A DNA stretch of 64,000 nt, from positions 300,732 through 364,731 of the forward strand of contig CAWJDS010000017.1 of NCBI GenBank assembly GCA_963841645.1, written 5' to 3'. The notes beneath the pieces were generated by a model. That model had not been told where the DNA came from, ran no database searches, and saw only the letters and a program-made list of their open reading frames with translations. The translations under genes and the position numbers were made by a program. The stretch comes from an uncultured Gammaproteobacteria bacterium. Its GTDB lineage: Bacteria; Pseudomonadota; Gammaproteobacteria; Steroidobacterales; Rariloculaceae. This document shows positions 1 through 9,229 of the stretch, piece after piece; position 1 is the stretch's first letter, and each line of letters starts with the position of its first letter.

Positions 1-448
1 GTGCCCTGAGGTCCGCGCAGCACCTCGACTCGCTCGATGTCGGTGAAGTCGAACGCCGCGGTCGCGGGACGGCCGTGGTAGACCTGGTCGACGTAAAAGC
101 CGACGCCCGGCTCTATACCGTCGTTCGCAGCGCTGATCGAGAGCGTGTTCGAGCCGAGGCCCCGGATCGTGTAGGCGGTGTTTCTAGGGTTTGCGGAGTT
201 GTAGTAAAGCGACGGCACGAACTGGGTGAGCTGCTGCGTGTTGACGGTGTGCGAGCGATCCAGTGTTTCACCGTCCACTACCGAAGCGGCCACGGGAATC
301 GCTTGTAGATTTTCCTCGCGGTAACGAGCGGTTACGATGACCTCTTCGAGTGCTTGCTTCGCGACCCGACCCTGTGGAGTCTTGAGCGTCCAGCGAAAGC
401 ACGACGGAACACGCGATCGCAGATGCGATCGCAACAGTGGATACGCAT
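1..448 (-). CDS. TonB-dependent receptor, N-terminal part (signal peptide, TonB box, plug); runs off window; two apparent indels near the 5' end
   Basis: Manual minus-strand translation ALEEVIVTARYREENLQAIPVAASVV...IRGLGSN...GVGFYVDQVY...DIERVEVLRGPQG is a classic TBDR plug. ATG at 448 with GGGAG upstream. Confidence 0.85.
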
Positions 449-488
449 GGGAGACTCCCGGGCTGTGGTTGCGCAGCCGCTACGCCGT

Positions 489-506
489 TATATTTCGTGA
501 AATATA
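489..506. promoter_or_regulatory. AT-rich inverted repeat TATATTTC-GT-GAAATATA, candidate operator upstream of the TBDR gene
   Basis: Perfect 8-bp arms in a high-GC background, about 40 bp upstream of the TBDR start. Confidence 0.55.
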
Positions 507-594
507 GCGATTGGCGAAGCGCGAGGTCAATGGAGGCACCCATGACTCGCACGCCCGTCGGTCTTACGCCGCGCGTGCCGCTCGGTTGAATTTC

Positions 595-1071
595 CTATCC
601 GCCGTGCGACTTCTTCTTCAGATGCACGACGTACTCGCCGTCGAACGCGACCGCGCGCTTGCCGTCCTGATCGATCGTGCACGCGAGCGGCAGGCTCGCG
701 CGGCCCGACTGCGTGAGGCTCGCGAGCCGTTGCTCGACGAGATCGAGGTCCGGGCGGCAACGGCAGACGAGGTCGCCGGTCACGGCTTTGCGGTACTGGA
801 TCCGGCTGTCGGAGACGACGATGACGCCTTCGATGCCGCGCTGCTCGAGCGCGAGCCAGGCCGCGCCCCAGCCTGTCAGCACACAGACGGAGAACAGGCT
901 GCCCGCGAACGCCGTGCCGTGAAGATTGCGATTCGGCGCGAGCGGCGCGCGGAGTGCGAGCTCGTCGCGCGCACACACGGCGACTTCGATGGCGAGCGAG
1001 GCGGCTAGCGGTATCTCCCGCTGCCAGGTCGATTGGAGCTCGCGGCCTAGCGCGTCGAAGGTCGTCACCAT
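595..1071 (-). CDS. Hotdog-fold thioesterase, YiiD C-terminal domain family
   Basis: APLAPNRNLHGTAFAGSL..GW and IQYRKAVTGD motifs. Confidence 0.8.
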   Translation of the reverse strand: MVTTFDALGRELQSTWQREIPLAASLAIEVAVCARDELALRAPLAPNRNLHGTAFAGSLFSVCVLTGWGAAWLALEQRGIEGVIVVSDSRIQYRKAVTGDLVCRCRPDLDLVEQRLASLTQSGRASLPLACTIDQDGKRAVAFDGEYVVHLKKKSHGG

Positions 1072-1252
1072 CCGAGTATCGCACGAGGGCGCCCCGGCGA
1101 TCGGTGCCGACGCAGGAGCGACGCGAAGAGCGTAGCGCGACGGTAGTGTGTGCGCGTCGTGCTGGAACCCGTGCGCCGTCGCTCCGTCGAACAGATCATC
1201 GGCGCCGCAGCGACGCGGTCGCCGCGCGCGACAAGGAGGTTGCTAGGTCGCT

Positions 1253-1618
1253 ATGCGCAAACGCATTCTCGCTCTCGGTCTCGATCCCGCGGTCGTCGAT
1301 CTTTCGCAGACGCCGGACTTGACGCCCCAGCTCGTCGCCGTGTTCATCGAGCAGCAGCTAGAACGGCTGCGCGCGGCGGGTTACGACGTCGTGAGTTGCC
1401 TGGTCGATCTCGGCGCCACCGCCGAAGCCGTGACCGGGGAGGCGCTCGGCGCGAGTCGGTTCGACTGCGTGCTGATTGGCGCCGGGTTGCGCGCCGCGCC
1501 GCACCTCTTGCTGTTCGAGAAGCTGCTCAACCTCGTTCACGAGCGAGCGCCGCACGCCAAGCTCTGCTTCAACACGACGCCGGCCGACAGCACTGAAGCT
1601 GTTCGGCGCTGGGTCTAG
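1253..1618 (+). CDS. Hypothetical protein (121 aa)
   Basis: Protein-like composition; FDCVLIGAGLR...LFEKLLN...FNTTP; high-GC codon pattern. Confidence 0.7.
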   Translation: MRKRILALGLDPAVVDLSQTPDLTPQLVAVFIEQQLERLRAAGYDVVSCLVDLGATAEAVTGEALGASRFDCVLIGAGLRAAPHLLLFEKLLNLVHERAPHAKLCFNTTPADSTEAVRRWV

Positions 1619-1778
1619 GCGCGCGGGCTCGAAGCAGGCGGTCGCTGCCCGAACTTGGGGCGGCGCGCGCCGCACGCGCACTTCCAATGGGCGGCCGGTG
1701 CGTGCATCGCGCGCCATTACGCGGTCATGAGCCGCATGCATGCTGGCGTCATTGCGCCGCTCCGCAGACTGAAACGAT

Positions 1779-1794
1779 GGGCATGCTTCTTGCT
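1779..1794 (+). promoter_or_regulatory. Sigma-54 -24/-12 promoter candidate upstream of glgP
   Basis: GGGCATG-CTTC-TTGCT with exact GG-N10-GC spacing. Confidence 0.5.
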
Positions 1795-1870
1795 CGCATC
1801 GCCTTGCGACGGCGTCCATGAACGCGTGCGGGGGGCTCGCGCGCGACGAGCCGGTCAAAAGGGAAGAACA

Positions 1871-4422
1871 ATGTCGAATCTCGGCGCCGGTGCGTCGCCG
1901 CTCCGCTCTCCGCAACCCGATGTCGGCATCGACAAGGAGGCGGTGAAGCGCGCGTTCCTCGACAAGCTGTTCTCGATCCAGGGCAAGTTCCCGAAGCTCG
2001 CAACGCAGAACGACTACTACATGGCGCTCGCGTACACGGTGCGCGACATGATGCTGCGGCGTTGGGTCAGCACCGCCGCGACTTACACGGCCCAGCGCGT
2101 CGCGCACGGTTTGCTATCTCTCCGCCGAATACCTGCTCGGGCCTCACCTCGGCAACAACCTGATCAATCTCGGCATCTACGAGGAGGTTCGCGGCGCGAT
2201 CGGCGAGCTCGGCCTCGACTTCGATGCACTGCTCGAGCAGGAGCCCGAGCCCGGGCTCGGTAACGGCGGCCTCGGGACGGCTCGCGGCGTGCTTTATCGA
2301 TTCGCTCGCCACGCTCGAGATCCCGACGCTCGCGTACGGCATCCGCTACGAGTTCGGAATCTTCCAGCAGGAGATCGTCGACGGTTGGCAGGTCGAGAAG
2401 ACGGACAAGTGGCTCACTTTCGGCAACCCGTGGGAGATCGCGAGGCCCGAGTGGGTCGTCGAGGTGAAGCTCGGCGGCTACACCGAGCGCTACGTCGACG
2501 ACCTCGGGCGCTTACGGGTGCGCTGGGTGCCGAGCAAGCTAGTGAACGGCGTGCCGTACGACACGCCGATCCTCGGCTTCCGCAACAACACCGCTAACAC
2601 GCTGCGCCTCTGGCGCGCCGAGGCGCCCGACTCGTTCGACTTCGCGATCTTCAACCGCGGCGACTACTACGGCGCGGTCAATCAGAAGATCATCTCGGAG
2701 AATCTGAGCAAAGTCCTCTACCCGAACGACGACCAAACGCGCGGCAAGGAGCTGCGGCTCGAGCAGCAATATTTCTTCGTCTCATGCTCGCTGCAGGACA
2801 TGTTCCGGGTCTTGAGCGTGCAACGGATTCCGCTCGAGCGGCTCCACGAGAAGTTCGCGGTGCAGCTCAACGACACGCATCCCGCGATCGCGGTGGCCGA
2901 GCTCATGCGGCTGCTCGTCGACGTGCACGGCGTGCCGTGGGAGACCGCCTGGGACATTACCTGCCGCACGATGGCGTATACGAACCACACGCTGCTGCCC
3001 GAGGCGCTCGAGTGCTGGTCGGTCTCGCTGTTCGGTCGCGTGCTGCCGCGCCACCTCGAGATCATCTACGAGATCAACGCGCGCTTCCTCGACGACGTGC
3101 GGCTCCATAGCTTGGGCGACGACCGCATTGTCGCGGCGCTCTCGCTGATCGACGAGAACGGCGAGCGCTACGTGCGAATGGCGCATCTCGCGTGCGTAGG
3201 CAGCAGCGCGATCAACGGCGTCGCGGCGCTACACACCGAGCTCCTGAAGAGCAGTGTGCTGTCGGAGTTCCACAAGCTTTGGCCGCAACGCTTCTCGAAC
3301 AAGACGAACGGCGTAACGCCGCGGCGCTGGATCGTGCTCGCGAATCCGCGCCTCACGAGCCTGCTCAACGAGACGATCGGCGAAGCGTGGATTCGCGACT
3401 TGGACGAGCTACGCGCGATCGAGCGCTACGCCGACGACCCGAGCTTTTGCGAGCGCTGGGCCGGCATCAAGCGCGCGAACAAGGAAGAGCTCGCGGCGGT
3501 CGTGATGCAAGCGACGGACACGGCCGTCGATCCAGACTCGATGTTCGACGTGCAGGTCAAACGCATCCACGAATACAAGCGCCAGCACCTCAATATCCTG
3601 CACGTGATCGCGCTCTATCATCGGCTCAAGAACGGCGCGACGGACATCGAGCCGCGCACGTTCATCTTCGGCGGCAAGGCGGCGCCCGGCTACCGGACTG
3701 CGAAGCTCATGATCAAGCTGATCAACTCGGTCGGCGCGGTGCTCAATCGCGACCCGCAGACGCGCGACGTGTTGCGCGTCGTGTTCCTGCCGAACTTCAA
3801 CGTGACGAACGGTCAGCGGATCTATCCCGCGGCCGACCTGTCCGAGCAGATCTCGACGGCGGGCAAGGAGGCGTCGGGCACAGGCAACATGAAGTTCTCG
3901 ATGAACGGCGCGCTCACGATCGGCACGCTCGACGGTGCAAACGTCGAGATTCGCGAGGAGGTCGGCGCCGAGAACTTCTTCCTGTTCGGACTCGCGGCCG
4001 GCGAGATCGAGCAGTTGCGTCGTTCGGGATACGACCCTCGCGCATGGTGCGCGAACGAACCGGAGCTCGAGGGCGTGATCGATCTCGTGCGCAGCGGTTT
4101 CTTCTCGCGCGGCGATCCAGAGCTGTTCGAGCCGCTGCTCTATGGCTTGCTGAACTACGACCCGTACTTCGTGTTCGCGGACTTCGCGGCCTACGTGCAG
4201 TGTCAGCGGCGCGTCGGCGCGACGTTCCGCGATCGCGCGCTCTGGACGCGGATGTCGATCCTGAACGCGGCGCGGACCGGCAAGTTCTCTTCCGACCGCA
4301 CGATCCGCGAGTATTGCGACGACATTTGGCGCGTGCAGCCCGTGCCGATCCAGCGCCTACAGAGCGAGACGCATTACGACTTCGAAGAGCTCACCCCGGT
4401 CCGCTCGATCGCGGCGCTCTGA
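1871..4422 (+). CDS. glgP: Glycogen/starch phosphorylase (indels near 2095 and 2275)
   Basis: [25 protein letters not shown] and PLP-lysine motif [10 protein letters not shown]; N-terminus split across ORFs 1655-2263, an intermediate frame and 2224-4422. Confidence 0.95.
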
Positions 4423-4494
4423 GCGCGTGCGCGAGGACGCGCCGCGCGGCGTTCGGCCGCGCGCGCGAGAGAACGCGAGAGAAGCCTCAGTTTG

Positions 4495-4806
4495 TCAATA
4501 ACGTCGGCCGTAGCCGCCGCCACCGCCGCCGCCGCCATCGCGCCGGCCGCCACCCGATTCCTTCGGCTTGGCTTCGTTGACCTTGATTTGGCGGCCGTCG
4601 ATAGACTGGCCGTTCATGGACTGAATGGCCCGTTGTGCTTCGCTGTCCGAAGACATCTCGACGAACGCGAAGCCTTTGCTTTGTCCCGTGTCGCGGTCCG
4701 TGATCACGCTGACCGAATCGACGGTGCCGCTGGCGGCGAACGCCTCTCGCAGCGAAGCTTCGGTGGCCGTGTACGGAAGATTCCCGACGTAGAGTTTCCT
4801 GCCCAT
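4495..4806 (-). CDS. RRM-domain RNA-binding protein with Gly-rich tail
   Basis: RNP2 LYVGNL, RNP1 KGFAFVEM, tail GGGGGGGGYGRRY; GGAGG RBS before ATG 4806. Confidence 0.95.
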   Translation of the reverse strand: MGRKLYVGNLPYTATEASLREAFAASGTVDSVSVITDRDTGQSKGFAFVEMSSDSEAQRAIQSMNGQSIDGRQIKVNEAKPKESGGGRRDGGGGGGGGYGRRY

Positions 4807-4937
4807 ATACCCTCCTAAGGTATGTGATTCGCCTAAAGAGGATGTAGGCACCATGCCTGCAGTCTGCTGAAAGCGTTGGATCGGAGTGTGCAGATTACGC
4901 CTTTATGCGCCAGGCTGCTGCGATTTTCGATCGTCGG

Positions 4938-5276
4938 CTATGTGTCCGCGTCTTCCGAGCGATCCACCGGCGGCGAAGGTTGCGGTGGCGTAGCCTTCGG
5001 GGTCGGTTTGGGAGGCGGTTGCCGGCCCTTCTTCGAGATCCGCCGATCGTTCAGCCCCAGCACGATTTTTTCCACCTCGGCCGTGACGGACGGTAGATCG
5101 CCGCGGCGGTATCCCGTGATCAAGTTCGCGCCCTGCGCGATCTCGTACACGAGCCAATCGCGCCCGGCGCAACCCTCCGGAGTACGCGCGGCACGGATCG
5201 CGACGAGGCGAAACGATTCTTCGTCGTTCGCGGCCGCCGGACTCGCGGGCGGGCTTAGGCCACGCCGGTAAGGCAT
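4938..5276 (-). CDS. Hypothetical protein with Pro-rich C-terminus
   Basis: Globular-looking core WLVYEIAQGANLITGYRRG...LNDRR; fills the gap between neighbouring genes. Confidence 0.55.
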   Translation of the reverse strand: MPYRRGLSPPASPAAANDEESFRLVAIRAARTPEGCAGRDWLVYEIAQGANLITGYRRGDLPSVTAEVEKIVLGLNDRRISKKGRQPPPKPTPKATPPQPSPPVDRSEDADT

Positions 5277-5512
5277 TAGCGAGCCGCTTCGGCGCGCTTG
5301 CAGAGCGGGGTGCGGATTCCCATCTTCTCGGGTGACGCGGTCGCGAATCGGACCTTCCCCATCTTATACGAATGACGGGATGGAGCGCTGAATTTTGGCT
5401 TAGCGAAGAGCGGCCCCGATCTCGCGCGACGCCATGGCCGATTGCTGTGGCAAGATCGACATAAGCCCGAAGCGCTCGGCCTCGGCTCACGGCTCGTCAC
5501 CACCAGCACGCG

Positions 5513-6340
5513 ATGTCTACGATCGGAGCGTCTACCACCGTTGCGTTGTCCGTGCTGCTCGCGGCCGGCGCCGTTTGCGCGCAGGAGTCGTTCCGCGAGT
5601 ATCCGACCATCGAGCATGGCTGGTCGCCGCCTTTTCAATGGGATCATCGAGAGCACGCGGAATTCGTCGTGGGCCGGCTCATGTTCCCACAATCGCGCAG
5701 CCGCTACGTGCTCGGCGCTGGCTATGGCGACTGGCTCCGCGGCGGCACCGCGTGGACGGTCGACTATCCCGAGGCCGATCGCACGCTCGCGCGTCTACTG
5801 TCGCGGCTCACGCGGATGGACGTGCGCGCGGTCGAGCAGCCCGTGAACCTCGACGACGGCATCGACCCGTTCTACTGGCCGTTCCTGATCTCGGGGCTCG
5901 TCGGCGCGTGGGACCTCACGGACGCGCAAGCCGTGAAGCTGCGCGAGTACCTGCTTCGCGGCGGCTTTCTGCTGTGCGACAGCTTCTACGGCACGCCCGA
6001 ATGGGAGGGGTTCGTCGAAAGCTTGGAACGCGTGTTCCCGGACCGGCCGATCGTCGACCTGACGGACGAGCATCCGATCTTTCATCTGGTCTACGATTTG
6101 AACGATCGCCCGCAGATCCCGACGCTACAACACCTGCCTCGCGGCTACCGCAACGATGGCGCGCAGCCGCATTGGCGCGCAATTCTCGACGACGACGACC
6201 GTGTGATGGTGATGATCAGCTACAACAACGACATCGGCGACGGTTGGCAGTGGCAGGACGAGCCGCGTTACCCGGCCGACGCCGCGCATCTCGCAGTCGA
6301 GCTGGGTGTGAACTTCGCAGTCTATGCGCTAACACATTGA
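5513..6340 (+). CDS. Secreted DUF4159-family protein
   Basis: Signal peptide; WTVDYPEAD, LREYLLRGGFLLCD, HPIF, NNDIGDGW, LGVNFAVYALTH. Confidence 0.85.
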   Translation: MSTIGASTTVALSVLLAAGAVCAQESFREYPTIEHGWSPPFQWDHREHAEFVVGRLMFPQSRSRYVLGAGYGDWLRGGTAWTVDYPEADRTLARLLSRLTRMDVRAVEQPVNLDDGIDPFYWPFLISGLVGAWDLTDAQAVKLREYLLRGGFLLCDSFYGTPEWEGFVESLERVFPDRPIVDLTDEHPIFHLVYDLNDRPQIPTLQHLPRGYRNDGAQPHWRAILDDDDRVMVMISYNNDIGDGWQWQDEPRYPADAAHLAVELGVNFAVYALTH

Positions 6341-6360
6341 CCAAGGGAACGACGAGGCTG

Positions 6361-7470
6361 TTGCGTAAACGAACCGTTCGCGAGACCGCTCGCCCTTCGA
6401 TCTTCCCACCACGCCCGCGCGGTATGAAGGGACGTGGCGCCGAGCTCGAGACGCTCGCGCGTACGATTACCGCCGCACGCCCGACGCGCATCGCGCTCGT
6501 CGGTCCCGGCGGCAGCGGCAAGTCGATGTTGGCGGCCGCGCTTGGGTCTAGGCTGCGCGCCGCTTTCGGCGGCCGCATCGACTGGTTCCGCACAGCCGCG
6601 TGGGGCTTCTACACGCTGAGCGAGATGCTCGCGCTACGTTTCGGCACGGGGCTCGGCGAAGGTCGCGTGCAGCGACTGCGGCGATTCTTGTCGAGCGGTC
6701 CACAGCGGCTGATCGTGCTCGACAACCACGAAGACGACGAGGCCGTCGTCCGCCTGTTCGCGGCGTTCGAAGGCTCGAACGCGACGTTCGTGATCACCGC
6801 GCGCCGCTGCCTGCTCGCGGGTGTGTTCATCTTTCCCGTCGTTGCGCCGCTCGTCACTTCGGGCCGCACCCCGTTCCCGAGGGTCGCGTCCCTGACGCGT
6901 CTCTTGCGCTGGAACCCGCTCGCGCTCGACATCGCCGACAGCGTCGTGGCGTCGCGCGCAGCGAGCGTGAAGGCGCTCGGCAACTTCTTGCAGGATGCGG
7001 GCGTCGCCGCCGTCCGCACGCTCGCGCACGAGGACGACTTGCCGGAGATCGCGGTGCTGATCGATTGGGCGTGGCCTCGCTTGAGCGTTGCGGCGCGACG
7101 CGCGCTCGCGGTGCTGGCGCACGTGGAAGGTGATCACGTGGATGCGGTCTCGCTCGCGAAGCTCGCACGGGTCAAGCGGCTCGGGTCGGGGCTCGCAGAG
7201 CTCGAGCGCTGGCACCTCGTGCAGGAACCGCTGCGCGGCCGCTACGCTCTGCATGCGGTCGTCCGCTACGCCGTCGCGCGCCGCACGAGGCCGGCGGCCG
7301 AGCGCGTCTTCGAGCACTACGTGACGCTGCTCGAGCGGCACCCGGAGCGCCTGGAGCTCGAGCAATCGCATCTGTTCGCCGCGATGGAGCACGCCTACCG
7401 GAAGAGCGACATGAACGCGCTTCTACGCGTCAACGCCCTTGCCGAGAGGCTGGAGCGCGCACAGGGCTGA
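6361..7470 (+). CDS. Stand-alone STAND/NB-ARC-type P-loop NTPase (start uncertain, 6337-6424)
   Basis: KGRGAEL, Walker A GPGGSGKS, Walker B LIVLDN, FVITARR, NPLAL (GxP), LHAVVR (MHD-like). Confidence 0.75.
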   Translation: MRKRTVRETARPSIFPPRPRGMKGRGAELETLARTITAARPTRIALVGPGGSGKSMLAAALGSRLRAAFGGRIDWFRTAAWGFYTLSEMLALRFGTGLGEGRVQRLRRFLSSGPQRLIVLDNHEDDEAVVRLFAAFEGSNATFVITARRCLLAGVFIFPVVAPLVTSGRTPFPRVASLTRLLRWNPLALDIADSVVASRAASVKALGNFLQDAGVAAVRTLAHEDDLPEIAVLIDWAWPRLSVAARRALAVLAHVEGDHVDAVSLAKLARVKRLGSGLAELERWHLVQEPLRGRYALHAVVRYAVARRTRPAAERVFEHYVTLLERHPERLELEQSHLFAAMEHAYRKSDMNALLRVNALAERLERAQG

Positions 7471-7475
7471 AACCC

Positions 7476-8192
7476 TCATCGGTCGGCGGCGGCTTGCCGG
7501 TTCGCGGCGGTGCGATCGTCATGCGACGGCGACGTCCCCACGGCCCGCAGCGCAACGAGCTTCTTGGTCACACGATTGACGATCGATTCCGTGGTTGCTT
7601 TGAACTCGGCGTCGTCCATCGTCTCGGTCTTCGCGGTCCACACGAGCTGATCCTTGTCCGCGTCGTAGAAGGAGCTCTCGACGACCACGAAGCTATGCGG
7701 TTCCCAGTAGCCCGGCGAGTGAGTGACGTCCCAGGTCGAGCGCCAGTAAGAGTAGTAGTCTGCGCGCGGATGGTAATACCAGTTGAACGGATCGCCGTGG
7801 CCGAAGCCGCTCGGCATGCGCAGATTGGGTGCCGGCGGACGATAGTACTGACGCTCGTCGACCGCGATCAGGCGATAAATCAGAATCGCGTCGACGTTCG
7901 CGCCGGCAAGCTTTCCGCGCAGCTCGTTCTGCTCGAGCATCCGCTCTTCGCCGACGATCGTATGAGCCTCGACGGCATCGGCGCCCTTCGCCTCGAGCGC
8001 ACGCGTCGCCTGCTGCTCGAACGAGCGACTCTCGGCGTCCGTGTCGAACAGCGCAACGACGGCGACGCGCCGGAAAGGGCTGCGATCGAACGTGGGATCC
8101 ACCCAGCTCGACTGGACCGTCGTTGGCGTAACGCAGCCGAAGAGCGACGCGAGAGCACCCAAAGGAAGAATGCTTTGCAGCGGCGTTTTCAT
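7476..8192 (-). CDS. Lipoprotein of unknown function (DUF4136-like)
   Basis: Lipobox LFGC; aromatic-rich loop; VESSFYDADKDQLVWTAKT. Confidence 0.75.
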   Translation of the reverse strand: MKTPLQSILPLGALASLFGCVTPTTVQSSWVDPTFDRSPFRRVAVVALFDTDAESRSFEQQATRALEAKGADAVEAHTIVGEERMLEQNELRGKLAGANVDAILIYRLIAVDERQYYRPPAPNLRMPSGFGHGDPFNWYYHPRADYYSYWRSTWDVTHSPGYWEPHSFVVVESSFYDADKDQLVWTAKTETMDDAEFKATTESIVNRVTKKLVALRAVGTSPSHDDRTAANRQAAADR

Positions 8193-8203
8193 GAGCTTCT
8201 TGC

Positions 8204-8219
8204 AGCAACATTTGTGCCG
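8204..8219 (-). promoter_or_regulatory. Sigma-54 promoter candidate; predicted start site lies next to the ATG (leaderless)
   Basis: Minus strand CGGCACA-AATG-TTGCT; no Shine-Dalgarno before ATG 8192. Confidence 0.55.
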
Positions 8220-8479
8220 CCGAAGTCGTTTTGCAGCAGAGTCACGCGCCCCTGCACGCGACGCGACCGGGAGATACGGCCGCCCCATTCGGGCGCTCGC
8301 ATCCGACGTCATCCCAGTTTTGCTGCCGTTTTCTCGAAAGCTCGATCGTCGACGGGTGGTCCGGTCGCCCGCCGAGTCGGCTCGCGCTTCGAGAGAAGTG
8401 CTCGACGAGGCAGCGTGTCGTAGTGACGCGGCGAGGTCCCAGGGCTCGGGCTAGGGTTCTAGGGATAGAGATCGACCGG

Positions 8480-8510
8480 ACGGGCCGGAAGGCGTCGCCC
8501 TCCGGCCCGT
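8480..8510. terminator. GC-rich hairpin downstream of the 8527-9072 gene
   Basis: ACGGGCCGGA...TCCGGCCCGT; the T-run is on the + side only. Confidence 0.4.
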
Positions 8511-8526
8511 TGTTTTGCCCCGGCGC

Positions 8527-9072
8527 TCAGCGGTCGCCGTACTCTTTACGCCAATCGATGTCGTCGAACCGCTCGGCCCGCCTCAGCGAGTCCCAGTGCG
8601 CGGTCGCGAAGACCTGCGCCTCGCGGTCGCCCGGCGCGTGCGACAGGCCGACGGCCTTCCAGTTGACGTCTGCGAACGAGTTCGCGTCACGGATCTTCGA
8701 CCAGATGGCGCTGAGCTGACGAGCTTCATCGCGAGTGAACGGCCCCGTCTCCTCGTCGTAGCGTTGTGCCGACGTTCGGTTGCCGCTGTCCCGGATGGTG
8801 CTCCAATCGATGTCGTCGAACCGCGGCGCCGTTCGCAGGCGCGACCAGTTATCGGCTATCAGGCGCTGCGCGCTGGAGTTGCCCGGCGGGCGCGCCAGCC
8901 CGACGGCTTTCCAGTCGATGTCGTCGAAATCGGCTGCCTCCCGAATCTTCGGCCACACGCTGCTCATGAGCTGCTCGTCTTGCCGCGAGAACGGGCTCGA
9001 CGACGAGTCCGCCTGTGCCATACCGATAGCCGACAGCATGAGAATCGTGAATGTCGCTAGCTTGAGTGCCAT
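8527..9072 (-). CDS. Secreted protein with internal tandem duplication (four W-x2-[IL]R-x-A-x2-F-x-D-[IV]-[DN]-W units)
   Basis: AAGGAGG RBS, signal peptide ending AQA, two similar halves of about 67 aa. Confidence 0.85.
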   Translation of the reverse strand: MALKLATFTILMLSAIGMAQADSSSSPFSRQDEQLMSSVWPKIREAADFDDIDWKAVGLARPPGNSSAQRLIADNWSRLRTAPRFDDIDWSTIRDSGNRTSAQRYDEETGPFTRDEARQLSAIWSKIRDANSFADVNWKAVGLSHAPGDREAQVFATAHWDSLRRAERFDDIDWRKEYGDR

Positions 9073-9108
9073 AAATGCCTCCTTGAATGGTCGCTGTCCC
9101 CTGACACG

Positions 9109-9124
9109 AGCAAGTCGCGTGCCA
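9109..9124 (-). promoter_or_regulatory. Consensus sigma-54 promoter
   Basis: Minus strand TGGCACG-CGAC-TTGCT, about 37 nt upstream of ATG 9072. Confidence 0.75.
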
Positions 9125-9229
9125 GGTGGCGAGCAAGCCATCGCATCGCGCCAATGCCGGCGCGGCCGTGTGGCGGCGTGGCTTCACCGCGTCATAGAAT
9201 CGCCACCCCGAATCCGGATACTGGACTCG

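Noticed and set aside
1871-4422. Programmed frameshifting or pseudogenisation of glgP and other split genes
   Set aside because: No slippery sites noticed; indel density is window-wide, consistent with sequencing error.
5434-6360. N-terminal 300 aa of the 678-aa ORF as an effector domain of the STAND protein
   Set aside because: Arg-rich shadow frame overlapping the real DUF4159 gene.
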